Part shown: piece after piece, positions 9,716-18,211 of the stretch | Layout of the letters: every line of letters begins with the position of its first letter | Numbering within the stretch: position 1 is the first letter of the stretch | Assembly: GCA_002686365.1 (NCBI GenBank) | Contig: NZBZ01000004.1 | Location: forward strand, 27,079-91,078 | Source: a bacterium | GTDB lineage: Bacteria; Patescibacteriota; Minisyncoccia; UBA6257; GWB1-50-10 | Direction of reading: 5' to 3' | DNA: 64,000 bases | Notes under the pieces: generated by a model | Databases searched by the model: none | Told to the model about the DNA's origin: nothing | What the model saw: only the letters and a program-made list of their open reading frames with translations | Program-made: the position numbers and the translations under genes

Positions 9716-10109
9716 ACTTCGGTTCTCGCGGGATGTGCTGGAGTTTCGCGATCCTCGGCCGGGGGAGGTCAAGGAGTCGAAGGAGCCGTCGCCAATACAG
9801 TCGTGGCGGATGAGGATCGTCGGTGAGGGGCGGGATGGTGTTTACGACGTCTTCGTTGATTTGGATGACGTCGTTTCCATCAACTTCTCGATCGACGATG
9901 CTAGCGTGAGGATTCTCATCAATAACAAGAGGTATTCGCTTCGGGCGTATACTCGTGTTGAAGGGTCTTCTCAAATAGTGGGCCTTCGTCCCGCGATTCT
10001 TCATCGGCTGTGTCCGGGAGTTGCTCTGAACTGCCCGTGGCAGTCAGAGCATGAGTCACAGGTATCATTGGATGACCTGGGCATCATCGAGGCGCAATTG
10101 GTGCGGTAG
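9705..10109 (+). CDS. Hypothetical protein (cassette 2, overlaps the previous gene by 11 nt)
   Basis: ATG with GGAGGG SD 8 nt upstream; overlapping two-gene arrangement. Confidence 0.4.
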   Translation: MTDKLRFSRDVLEFRDPRPGEVKESKEPSPIQSWRMRIVGEGRDGVYDVFVDLDDVVSINFSIDDASVRILINNKRYSLRAYTRVEGSSQIVGLRPAILHRLCPGVALNCPWQSEHESQVSLDDLGIIEAQLVR

Positions 10110-10185
10110 GTCACAGGCAGAGAGGTTCTGCTTGCTGTCGACGTAAGTGAGGGTTTGTCCAACGGACGCCCTCTTTTTTGTTTGT

Positions 10186-10215
10186 TAATATCCTGTTCCG
10201 ATATATTTTGAGGAG
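10186..10215 (+). repeat. Degenerate copy 3 of boundary repeat (TATCCTGTTCCGATATATTTTGAGGAGTAG)
   Basis: 25/30 identity to copy 2 by eye. Confidence 0.5.
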
Positions 10216-10239
10216 TAGGTTTTTTATGTCGGTGCTTGA

Positions 10240-10261
10240 CACACTATGTATAGTGTGTCAT
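10240..10261. promoter_or_regulatory. Perfect palindrome GACACACTATGTATAGTGTGTC overlapping a TTGACA hexamer
   Basis: Read directly; operator-like. Confidence 0.4.
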
Positions 10262-10299
10262 TGTTATATATAACTATCGTTCATTTAAATTGTTATGTA

Positions 10300-10352
10300 G
10301 CAGGTTAGAGCAACCGAATTGGTCTTTTTGGGAGATTAGTTCGGTTGCTCTA
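10300..10352 (+). promoter_or_regulatory. Long hairpin (GTTAGAGCAACCGAA...TTCGGTTGCTCTAAC, 15-bp arms) with TTTTTGGGAG in the loop
   Basis: Read directly; upstream of ORF 10398. Confidence 0.45.
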
Positions 10353-10397
10353 ACTATACGGTGCCGTTTGTCACTCTTGCAGGAGGAATGAGAAGTA

Positions 10398-10637
10398 ATG
10401 GTTTCTGATAAGAAGTCTAGTGAGGTCTGGGACGATGACATGACTGAGGAGGAGCGACTCGCTTTTCTCGAGTTGCTTGAGGGGTGTTCTCTCATCAGTC
10501 GGGAAAACTATCCGGATCTTTCCGACCTTGCTCAGAGGAGTTTCGACGACCTACCTTCCGCGCTCTGTGGCTGTCTCCGTTTGGCACGAGAAGGCGATGG
10601 ATTTAAGGCCATCTCATTGATGGATGCAACTCAGTAA
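10398..10637 (+). CDS. Small acidic hypothetical protein (cassette 3)
   Basis: GGAGG SD 8 nt upstream of ATG; 79 aa. Confidence 0.35.
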   Translation: MVSDKKSSEVWDDDMTEEERLAFLELLEGCSLISRENYPDLSDLAQRSFDDLPSALCGCLRLAREGDGFKAISLMDATQ

Positions 10638-10726
10638 GTAGGTGATGCGGTGGCTGAGTTACAATAGTGCACGTTTACGGCACTAAGTGGAGCGTTCGCG
10701 AAATAAGATTCGCTGCGCTCCCTTTT

Positions 10727-10750
10727 TATTTTAGGAATAGGCAATGTTTA
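10727..10750 (+). repeat. Remnant 4 of boundary repeat (GGAATAGGCAATGTTTA shared with 9009-9025)
   Basis: 17-nt identity to the distal part of copy 2. Confidence 0.45.
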
Positions 10751-10907
10751 TATGTTGGACTTTTAAACAAAATGTAGTCCCTCGTCGTCCCCCGACGTTA
10801 CGTCGGGGGACCCGCTCGGGATCCTGAATTTTCTAGTTTCCCTTGCCAAGGCGGGGTCAAAGAAAATTCGGGGGTTTTGGGAGGTTAAAAGTAGTATAAT
10901 TATAAAT

Positions 10908-11195
10908 ATGAAGAAGATATTTTCGTTTGTTATTTTATTATCACTCATTTCAATTGGAGGGACAGCTTTAGCTCAAGAGGCAGAGCTTCCGGATCCGGGA
11001 CTTACTCCTGATAGTCCATTTTATTTTCTAGAGAGACTTGTAGAGGGGATTGGCACTTTCTTTACTTTTGGGAATATTAAGAAGGCTGAAAGGTATACTG
11101 CTCTTGCTGCTGAAAGATTGGCTGAAGCAAAAGCTTTGGTGGAGAAGGGAAAGTCAAAACTTGTAGAAAAAATCCTTGCAAGGTATGAGGATTAG
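10908..11195 (+). CDS. Secreted hypothetical protein (signal peptide MKKIFSFVILLSLISIGGTALA)
   Basis: Typical Sec signal peptide; same frame as the next ORF, separated by a single TAG. Confidence 0.45.
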   Translation: MKKIFSFVILLSLISIGGTALAQEAELPDPGLTPDSPFYFLERLVEGIGTFFTFGNIKKAERYTALAAERLAEAKALVEKGKSKLVEKILARYED

Positions 11196-11255
11196 TTAGT
11201 AAAAGCTTCATTTAGAAAAGAGGAGGCTAGAATTAATGGGAAGGATACGAAGAGA

Positions 11256-11993
11256 GTGTCTGAGATCATAACTGAAGCCACGAATAAACATCTTATTGTA
11301 TTAGGGGTAGTATTAAAAAAAGTACCAGAAGAAGCGAAATCTGCTATTCAGCGGGCAATTACAGTTTCAACTAAAGAGGGGCTTGAGAGAGCAGTAGTAG
11401 AGTTTAAGCAAAAAAAAGATTCTAGTACAAATTATGAATTGATGAGAGCTAAATGTTTAGAATCGGGAGCGCCGCCAAATGTATGCGAGTCTCTTGAAGA
11501 GGCTCTTCAGAGTGGTATATCACCGAGAGAGATTTGTGAAAAATCAGGAGGGCCGCCAGAGATGTGCGAGATAATTCCTACCAAGGGCTTTAAATCGTTT
11601 GGACAGATTAAATCTTTCTGCACGGAATCAGGAGGGCCGGCAGAAATATGTGAATCGCTTGAATCTAACTGTAGAGAATTTGGAATAACAAAACCGGATG
11701 ATTGTTTTCGTGTTCTTTCAATTGCTACAGTAACGACTTATCAGGAGACTTCCCCTACAGCTTTTCCTATGCGTACTTTGGAAGCTGAGCGGGGTGCGGG
11801 CGTGGAATTGCAGAGCTGGGAGGAGCTTGAAGTTAGCTGTTTGAAAAATGGTTCAAGAACCGGAAAGACTCCGGAGTGGTGCGCGTCTCTTGAAGCTATA
11901 TGTAAGGAAGCGGGAGCAGAAACAGCAGATCAGTGTTATCGCGGAGTAGATTCAAAAGGGAAGTTAATACACCCATCAAAATTCTCACTATAG
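11256..11993 (+). CDS. Cys-rich repeat protein (four SG(G/A)P(P/A)E-x-CE-x-LE repeats)
   Basis: GTG start; repeats SGAPPNVCESLEEA, SGGPPEMCEII, SGGPAEICESLES, TPEWCASLEAIC. Confidence 0.45.
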   Translation: MSEIITEATNKHLIVLGVVLKKVPEEAKSAIQRAITVSTKEGLERAVVEFKQKKDSSTNYELMRAKCLESGAPPNVCESLEEALQSGISPREICEKSGGPPEMCEIIPTKGFKSFGQIKSFCTESGGPAEICESLESNCREFGITKPDDCFRVLSIATVTTYQETSPTAFPMRTLEAERGAGVELQSWEELEVSCLKNGSRTGKTPEWCASLEAICKEAGAETADQCYRGVDSKGKLIHPSKFSL

Positions 11994-12045
11994 GGTGTAG
12001 TCATAGTTAGGTTTTTGTTTGTTGAGTTGCTGTTTTAGGGTATAA

Positions 12046-12240
12046 TTGATGTATATGAAAAAAGGCATGCAATGTGGTGGTGGCTGCGCTGGCGCAATTT
12101 ATCTATTGGGCTTGGTTGGCGCGGCAATATATTACATTTCTACTGCAGCGGGTTTCTGGCTGGGTGTTTTAGGTTTACTTAAGGCGCTTGTATGGCCTGT
12201 TTTTCTTGTTTACGAACTTCTGAAGTTTTTGGGAGCGTAA
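12046..12240 (+). CDS. Small 2-TM membrane protein (64 aa)
   Basis: Two hydrophobic helices, Gly-rich. Confidence 0.35.
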   Translation: MMYMKKGMQCGGGCAGAIYLLGLVGAAIYYISTAAGFWLGVLGLLKALVWPVFLVYELLKFLGA

Positions 12241-12287
12241 GTTTCTTGCTGTATAAATCTAAATAGAAAAATAAAATAGGTTTTGAT

Positions 12288-12515
12288 ATGAAAGAAAAAA
12301 TTAACTCGTTTTTTGATTCGTTGTGGTTTAATGCCATTGCGAGCGTCGTATCTATTGGGGTGCTTGTTGAGCGTGTAGTTACAAATTATCTTTCTGGAGA
12401 TTATTATCATGAATTTATTTTGATAATAGTTTGGGTGGTTATATTGTTTCACTTTATAGCAGCTACTATAAAAGCTAATAAGAAAAGAAGAGAGGCTGTA
12501 TTAAATAATAAATAA
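12288..12515 (+). CDS. Small 2-TM membrane protein (75 aa)
   Basis: Hydrophobicity pattern only. Confidence 0.35.
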   Translation: MKEKINSFFDSLWFNAIASVVSIGVLVERVVTNYLSGDYYHEFILIIVWVVILFHFIAATIKANKKRREAVLNNK

Positions 12516-12528
12516 TAATAAAATATAT

Positions 12529-12729
12529 ATGCGTTTTGATAAATTGAACAATCGGTTTAAGTGGGGAATTATTGGAGGAGTTCTCGGAGGAGTAATTGCT
12601 ATAGTTGGTTTTTGGATATTATCGCCTCAAACAGACTCGGTTGTTCTTTTTGTATTACTTAGGGTTGTAATAGGAGCAATAGTTGCAATGATATTTGGGC
12701 CCATAATTACAACGAGATTAGTTAGATAA
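12529..12729 (+). CDS. Small 2-TM membrane protein (66 aa)
   Basis: Hydrophobicity pattern only. Confidence 0.35.
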   Translation: MRFDKLNNRFKWGIIGGVLGGVIAIVGFWILSPQTDSVVLFVLLRVVIGAIVAMIFGPIITTRLVR

Positions 12730-12752
12730 ATCTAAATAGAAATTAAAGTTCA

Positions 12753-12778
12753 AAAATCGTCACGAAGGCGATTTTTTG
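12753..12778 (+). terminator. Rho-independent terminator (AAATCG-loop-CGATTT then TTTTT)
   Basis: Read directly, downstream of 12529..12729. Confidence 0.5.
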
Positions 12779-12828
12779 ATAATGTGGTGTGAAATATTGC
12801 TTTTTTCTTTAGGGTATGGCGTACTGGT

Positions 12829-13320
12829 TTGCAGGTGTCGGGGTGGAGACTAATTACTATTTCGGATGCTGGAGGGGGATTTGTGAAATATCCTGTTGCT
12901 TTCGCTCTAGTTATTATCGCGTTTGTTGTTGTTGGAGACGGAGAGCGTGTGGGCTATGCGGTTTTGTATCTGACGTCCTCTCGAATTTCGGAGTATACGT
13001 CAGAGCAGATCGCAGACATGCAGAGCGCCTTGGAGGCTCGGTTCGAAGAGGTGTATTGGAGAGAGAAGATTCGCATTAGCGAATTTCATCCTCGCGCCGA
13101 GTTTATTCTTCCCGTTTTTGCCAGCTTCTTTGCTGATGATCCTAGGGTGCATGTGGAGCTTACGTTTATCATGCATCGTGAGGGCAGGGATCATATCATA
13201 TATGCTGACGGCGTGACAGCGCCTCAGCTAAAGGCGGATGAGGTGGCGCTGGATCGCGCCTTTCGGGCAATGTGCATCATTGTCTTGATCGCTGACAATG
13301 CGTCAGTGGCAGTGCAATAG
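12829..13320 (+). CDS. Hypothetical membrane protein (GC-rich islet C)
   Basis: TTG/GTG start uncertain; alternative overlapping ORF 12816..13079; high GC keeps several frames open. Confidence 0.3.
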   Translation: MQVSGWRLITISDAGGGFVKYPVAFALVIIAFVVVGDGERVGYAVLYLTSSRISEYTSEQIADMQSALEARFEEVYWREKIRISEFHPRAEFILPVFASFFADDPRVHVELTFIMHREGRDHIIYADGVTAPQLKADEVALDRAFRAMCIIVLIADNASVAVQ

Positions 13321-13459
13321 CGAGTGCAGCAGTCGAGGGGATATTATTGAGGGCTTGTCTATTGGGCATCCCTCTTTTTTGTTTATTTGTAAGCCGGATT
13401 TTTAGATATTGGAAATTATTGATTGTTTTTCTTGTTTATGGTCTAATTGCTTTTAGTTT

Positions 13460-14125
13460 GTGTACTGGGAATCTCGCGTGTCGTCCTGTAACTGTTCCGG
13501 AAGGAGGCCTCTAGTGGCCTTTCGTCGATCGTTCAGAAGGGCAGTGGACTTCGCTGGGATCGGGCCGTTCCTCGTGTTCTGCTTTCCTTACCTCTGGACG
13601 GATGTGTTCGTCGGTGGTGGGATCGAGTCCCTGTTAGCTCCCACGCTCATTTTGGTCTCCGCGGCCATCTTGTGGCTTGGGCGTTCTGTGGCCACGCTCT
13701 TTGAGGGAGACTGTAAGACTCCTAAGAGCATGAGGCAGTGTGGACTCCTTATCGTGCTGTTGTGGATTTCCACAACGTTGAGCACGCGGCTCTTCCTCGG
13801 TCTTCAGTGGGTTCCACTCGCCTTCCTGTCTGCGCCCATACTCTGGCATCTTGGGTGGGAGACATACTGGATCCGGCTCGCGTTCTGGCGATATTCCTAT
13901 AGGATAGAGGGTGACTTTCACGGCGTTGGGCCAGAAGATCTTGCCGAGATTCTCAGGGGTGCGACTGGGCGGGTCTGGGATGTTCCGGCTGTTCCTAGTG
14001 ATCCGTATATTCTTCCCTGGGATCCTCCGTCCAATGACGCGCTTGAGGATGCTGTTCTGTGGATTGGAGGGAAGCTGGGCGACGACGACAAGGTTCGAAT
14101 CGTCCCGTACTACAGGGGGTCTTGA
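13460..14125 (+). CDS. Hypothetical polytopic membrane protein (GC-rich islet C)
   Basis: GTG start; about four TM helices; 221 aa. Confidence 0.4.
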   Translation: MYWESRVSSCNCSGRRPLVAFRRSFRRAVDFAGIGPFLVFCFPYLWTDVFVGGGIESLLAPTLILVSAAILWLGRSVATLFEGDCKTPKSMRQCGLLIVLLWISTTLSTRLFLGLQWVPLAFLSAPILWHLGWETYWIRLAFWRYSYRIEGDFHGVGPEDLAEILRGATGRVWDVPAVPSDPYILPWDPPSNDALEDAVLWIGGKLGDDDKVRIVPYYRGS

Positions 14126-14139
14126 TTCGTGTTCGAAAA

Positions 14140-14172
14140 CCGGATAACTGCGTGTTATCCGGCCTTTTTTAT
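14140..14172 (+). terminator. Rho-independent terminator CCGGATAAC-TGCGT-GTTATCCGG then CCTTTTTT
   Basis: 9-bp perfect stem plus T-tract immediately after ORF 13460..14125. Confidence 0.65.
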
Positions 14173-14178
14173 TTCGAT

Positions 14179-14274
14179 ATATCGAGATTCTGACATATCG
14201 AGATTTAGAGATTTTGATATATCGAGGTGTAGAGATATTGAGATATCGAGATTTTGATATGTTGAGTTTATGAG
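14179..14274. repeat. 12 tandem units of an 8-bp repeat (consensus ATATCGAG) running into the mscS start codon
   Basis: Perfect 8-bp periodicity parsed by hand; same unit recurs inside capA at 20704-20791. Confidence 0.85.
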
Positions 14275-14863
14275 GGCTTGGGGTATACTGTTTTATATGG
14301 AAAATCTAAGTTTTGAATTCCTAAAAACTACTGGATTAGAGCTTTTGAGTACTTATGGATGGAAGATATTTTGGATATTAGTACTCTTTTTTGTTGGGCG
14401 AATAGTTCTTACTCTTGTTATTCATCGGATAGTGCGATTTGCAAGTGATGGGGATAATTCTACGACAACAGCTGTAGAGAAGCGCGCAAATACGCTTGGG
14501 CATGTGCTTCGGACTGTTGGGAATGTGGTGATTTATATTATTATCCTTCTTATGATTCTTGATTTATTTGGCGTGGATATTCGGCCAGTTTTAGCTGGCG
14601 CAGGAGTTTTGGGGCTTGCAATTGGGTTTGGAGCGCAGACTTTGGTGAAAGACTTTGTTTCAGGACTTTTTATTATTTTAGAGAATCAGTATGGAGTAGG
14701 AGATAGGGTAAAGATTGGGAGTGATGAGGGGAATGTTGTGAAAGTTTCTATGCGGTCTACGGTTTTGAAGGATGATGATGGGGGAATGCATTATTTTTCT
14801 AATAGCTTGGTAAAGAATGTGGCGAATCTTTCGAGGGTGAAAAAGAAGGAGGAGGCAGCTTAA
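14270..14863 (+). CDS. mscS: Small-conductance mechanosensitive channel MscS family (short form)
   Basis: TM helices followed by the MscS beta-domain signature LAIGFGAQTLVKDFVSGLFIILENQYGVGDRVKIG. Confidence 0.8.
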   Translation: MRAWGILFYMENLSFEFLKTTGLELLSTYGWKIFWILVLFFVGRIVLTLVIHRIVRFASDGDNSTTTAVEKRANTLGHVLRTVGNVVIYIIILLMILDLFGVDIRPVLAGAGVLGLAIGFGAQTLVKDFVSGLFIILENQYGVGDRVKIGSDEGNVVKVSMRSTVLKDDDGGMHYFSNSLVKNVANLSRVKKKEEAA

Positions 14864-14865
14864 AT

Positions 14866-14890
14866 TTTCAATTCTCAATTTTCAATGGCC
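14866..14890. repeat. AATTTTCAATTCTCAATTTTCAAT repeat (TTTTCAAT family)
   Basis: Same family as 1985-2094 and 50955-51075. Confidence 0.5.
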
Positions 14891-15007
14891 CTTTGGGGCT
14901 TTTTTGTTTGGATTTGACCAAAGCTTGGTTTTTTGTAAGAGTTTGGAGTGGTTCTTGTCTCGTTCGTGCTCGTCACCTTCTTCTGAGATTCTGAGAGAGG
15001 ATACGTA

Positions 15008-15409
15008 ATGTCTCCGAATATGAATATTAAGCTTTCGTTCCTGGATAGTCTCCCATTCTGGGGAGTGATCATCTCAGTGCTCTTGGTCCCCTTGGTCCCC
15101 GTGTATTTGTTTCACTTCTTCCTGCGCGAAATCGGCATGCCATGGAATCTGCTTCCTGTGTTTCCGACTGTTCTCGCGTTTTACCTTGGCTACACCTGTC
15201 GAAGGTATGGTAGTCGATCTGACGGCAGGGGTATTATGCGAGTTGCGGGCTCTATCGCGCTTGTCCTTGGTGTTCTTTGCGGAGGGGTTGGCGCTGCAAT
15301 TATTGTTAATGGCCTATGCGCCTTTTTCTTTGTAGGCGCGCCGATACTTTTTTGGGGTATTGGCTGGGGCATTGCTTGGGGCATTGGCTTAGCCTTGCCC
15401 CGCATATAA
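15008..15409 (+). CDS. Hypothetical membrane protein (small GC-richer islet, GAGAGAGGA SD)
   Basis: 133 aa, 3-4 TM helices, GWGIAWGIG tail. Confidence 0.35.
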   Translation: MSPNMNIKLSFLDSLPFWGVIISVLLVPLVPVYLFHFFLREIGMPWNLLPVFPTVLAFYLGYTCRRYGSRSDGRGIMRVAGSIALVLGVLCGGVGAAIIVNGLCAFFFVGAPILFWGIGWGIAWGIGLALPRI

Positions 15410-15467
15410 GTTGGCTAGATAGGGGAGGTAGTTTTCGTAGGGGATCTCTTGCAGCGTGCAGGAGATT

Positions 15468-16673
15468 TTATTTTTCAAATCTTGCGACTTCTTGGAAGAT
15501 GTTTTTTGTGTTTGCCTGCGTGTTCATGTTTTCAATAATCGCGGATATGGTGGTTTGGAATCCTCTGAATATTTTTGAGTTTGGTTCTGGGATGATGCGG
15601 CTTTGAAATAGTCCAATCAAGTAGCCTTTATAGAAGATGGGAGAGCCGGAGCGGCCTCCATAGGCGTCTGGAGAAGATTCGGTTTCGAGGACGTATGGAG
15701 TTTCTTCGAATGCTTTGTCTCCGGCATAGACTTCTGTAACTTTTGCGTCTTTTGTGAGAAGGCGAAATTCTTCAAATGAACTACTTCCTATTGCTTGATA
15801 GGCATATCCGGGGACTACAACTCTTTGGTCTTTTATTATTTCCAGCCATTCTTTTGGGTTTGAAATAAGGATTGGAGAGGCAGGGAGGCGGGGATTTTCA
15901 TGTTCGAAGTATTTACTTTCATTTTTTCCTGTGACTTCCAGAATGGCATAGTCGAGTTGTCGATTTTCATCTTCAGAGAGCTCTGTCTCTTCCGGGAGGT
16001 ATGCAAGGCGTGCTGTGAAGTCGTGTTGGATGCCGGAAGTGATTTTTAGGTCGTAGTAGGCGTATGGATATTTTTCATCTGGGAGAATTTCTCCATTTAC
16101 TCGGAGAATGTGTACATTGCAGGATGTTAGTTTGAGCGCTATGTCTAGATCCGGATCGTTATATGCCCAGCTGGTCCATTCAGGGTCTACAACATGTCTG
16201 TTTGTAAGAATGTATGATTCTTCTGTATAGGTATTTTCTTTGATAATTACGCCGGATCCGCGGGCGATTGCTGTATCTCCGTTGTCGTTTTTGAAATTGC
16301 AGGCAAGTCCTACAACAGAACGAAGGTCAATTGTGCGAGGTTCGAGGGTTGGAATTTTTTCAGTTTCCTGCTCGATTGGTTCAGGTTCTTTTATCTGCTC
16401 TGGCTTTGCTTCTTCTTTTTGTTCGGGCTCTGGTTCTTGTGTTTTAGCTGGTTCAGTACTTTCTGGTTCTTTGGCAGGAGGCGGTAGAGAGGGGCTTTCG
16501 ATTATTTCGAGCATTTCCGGAGGCATTGTATTTTCAGCTTCTTTTGGCAGTTTTGGGAGTTCCGCCTCTTCTTTTGTGTCCTGCGTTATCTCATCACTTG
16601 TTTCCGGTGTTTGGAAGGCCATTGTTAGTCCTAGGATTATAAGGACGAGAATTGAGACGATGTATTTAAACAT
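15468..16673 (-). CDS. Secreted or anchored trypsin-like serine protease with Pro/Glu-rich linker
   Basis: N-terminal TM/signal segment, PE-rich low-complexity linker, TNRHVV (His) and GGRSGSPIF (Gly-x-Ser-Gly-like catalytic Ser) motifs. Confidence 0.6.
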   Translation of the reverse strand: MFKYIVSILVLIILGLTMAFQTPETSDEITQDTKEEAELPKLPKEAENTMPPEMLEIIESPSLPPPAKEPESTEPAKTQEPEPEQKEEAKPEQIKEPEPIEQETEKIPTLEPRTIDLRSVVGLACNFKNDNGDTAIARGSGVIIKENTYTEESYILTNRHVVDPEWTSWAYNDPDLDIALKLTSCNVHILRVNGEILPDEKYPYAYYDLKITSGIQHDFTARLAYLPEETELSEDENRQLDYAILEVTGKNESKYFEHENPRLPASPILISNPKEWLEIIKDQRVVVPGYAYQAIGSSSFEEFRLLTKDAKVTEVYAGDKAFEETPYVLETESSPDAYGGRSGSPIFYKGYLIGLFQSRIIPEPNSKIFRGFQTTISAIIENMNTQANTKNIFQEVARFEK

Positions 16674-17173
16674 GTATTTACGATAGGGTTGTTTTTGGAT
16701 TGAGGCAAGGCCTATTAAAAGCGTAAAGGGCAGTCCCGCGTTGCACGAGGTGCCCTTTCGTGTTCCACACGTCTTGAAGCCTGTGGGGACTCATACTAAC
16801 TTTCTTCATGATGGGTATGTGCGCCGTTTGCCTCGCGGACACGCAACCCTGCAGCGAAGGCATGTGAAGAAAGTTCAAGAGCTTATTTTATTTTAGCATT
16901 TTCATTGGGGTTGTAAAAATTGGAACGTACCTAGCTTCCTAAAGTGGAAGAGGTCCGTTCATGATAGCCGGTCCCTGTTGGCGAGGAGCTTGGTTACAAC
17001 AAGCTGGGCAGGGATGGCAATATAGTGGTGATGTCACGATATGTGCGATCTGCGCGTTTCTTGGTCTCTCGTGCCAGGAGGGAATCTATGATATGCATGA
17101 GTGGTACAAGAAACGCCATTGGGTACCTTTTTTACTTTGCTATAAATTGTTTTTTATGTCAAGTCGTCTATTT

Positions 17174-17635
17174 TTATTCGCAGTTTGTAGTTGAGGAATT
17201 TTTATTGCCTTCTCCTGTTGCTGTTTTGTAAAGATTTGTTGTTACTTTATTTACAAGTCCCTGTTCGTCATTTATATCTTGGAGTTTTTTCAGAATCGTT
17301 TTTGTCTCTTGGAGTTTTTGAGCGAGTTCTTCCTGCTCTCTGTCTACAGGCTTTGGAACCTCTCCTTCCTCCGCATCATCAGTTTGGGTTGGTAGGCCGA
17401 GTTCTTTTTTAATATCCTCGATGTTTTTTTCAAGCTGCTCTATGAGCTTTTCTCTCCTCTGGGCTGGAGTGAAGATTATAGGCTCTATTTTTTCTTTTAC
17501 AGAGTCTGGTGTGATTTTGGATATTGTGTTTTTTATACCAGAGGTTGCGCTTTTTTTAATATCATCTGGAACAAGATAGGTTGCACCTATTATTAGGGCT
17601 ATTACTACTCCTATTTTTAGAATTGTTGCTAACAT
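17174..17635 (-). CDS. Membrane-anchored coiled-coil hypothetical protein
   Basis: Probable start MLATILKIGVVIALIIGATYL; charged helical remainder. Confidence 0.4.
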   Translation of the reverse strand: MLATILKIGVVIALIIGATYLVPDDIKKSATSGIKNTISKITPDSVKEKIEPIIFTPAQRREKLIEQLEKNIEDIKKELGLPTQTDDAEEGEVPKPVDREQEELAQKLQETKTILKKLQDINDEQGLVNKVTTNLYKTATGEGNKNSSTTNCE

Positions 17636-17680
17636 ATGTGTATACTCATAATATATTTTTTTAATGGAGTTGTCAGTTCT

Positions 17681-18211
17681 ATGATTGCAATACTTCATAA
17701 TATTCGGAGTGTTTATAATGTTGGGTCTATATTTCGGACTGCAGATGCCTGTGGAATAGAGAAGGTGTATTTGTGCGGGATAACGCCTTCGCCTTTAGAT
17801 CAGTTTGGAAAGTATCGGCAGGATTTTTCAAAGACTGCTCTTGGGGCGGAGAAGACAGTCGCGTGGGAGAAGATTAGTTCTACTACGCGTCTTTTGGATA
17901 AATTGAAGAAGGATGGATTTCAGATTTTTGCGGTGGAGCAGTCTACGAAGTCAGTTCCGTACCACAAACTAAATCTTACGAAGCCCGACTTCATAAGATT
18001 GGGGGTTGTGGTTGGTAGTGAAGTTAAAGGGTTGAGTGCAGGGGTTTTGAAGAGGGTTGATAAGACCTTGGAGATTCCTATGCGTGGTGTAGTGGTTCGA
18101 CAGGCTCACCATCCGCGACACTCGGGTCGCGGAAAGGAGTCGCTTAATGTGTCAGTTGCGTTTGGGATTGTTGTGTATCAGTTAAAGTTTGGGAATAAGA
18201 TGTATGGGTAA
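17681..18211 (+). CDS. TrmH/SpoU-family RNA 2-prime-O-methyltransferase
   Basis: MIAILHNIRSVYNVGSIFRTADACGIEKVYLCG matches the SpoU methylase N-terminal signature; ATG at 17681 preferred over ORF-track start 17636. Confidence 0.8.
   Translation: MIAILHNIRSVYNVGSIFRTADACGIEKVYLCGITPSPLDQFGKYRQDFSKTALGAEKTVAWEKISSTTRLLDKLKKDGFQIFAVEQSTKSVPYHKLNLTKPDFIRLGVVVGSEVKGLSAGVLKRVDKTLEIPMRGVVVRQAHHPRHSGRGKESLNVSVAFGIVVYQLKFGNKMYG

Noticed and set aside
7849-10900. Integron cassette array with attC sites
   Set aside because: The repeats are direct copies of a coding 3-prime end, not imperfect-palindrome attC sites with GTTRRRY cores. No intI-like integrase or attI is present, so the array is described only as cassette-like.
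11193-11195. Alternative genetic code (stop-codon reassignment) explaining the in-frame TAG
   Set aside because: Conserved genes here terminate with TAA, TAG and TGA at the expected positions (for example gap ends with TAG). There is no sign of recoding elsewhere.
14085-14125. tRNA-like T-arm motif GGTTCGAATC
   Set aside because: The flanking sequence cannot form a T-stem or acceptor stem. It lies inside a GC-rich ORF. No tRNA cloverleaf could be built by hand anywhere in the intergenic regions.
14179-14274. Possible CRISPR array (regularly spaced ATATCGAG units; also the AGCTATAAGCT repeats at 48542)
   Set aside because: The units are contiguous 7-8-bp tandem repeats with no unique spacers and are far shorter than CRISPR repeats. 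No cas genes are recognisable in the window.
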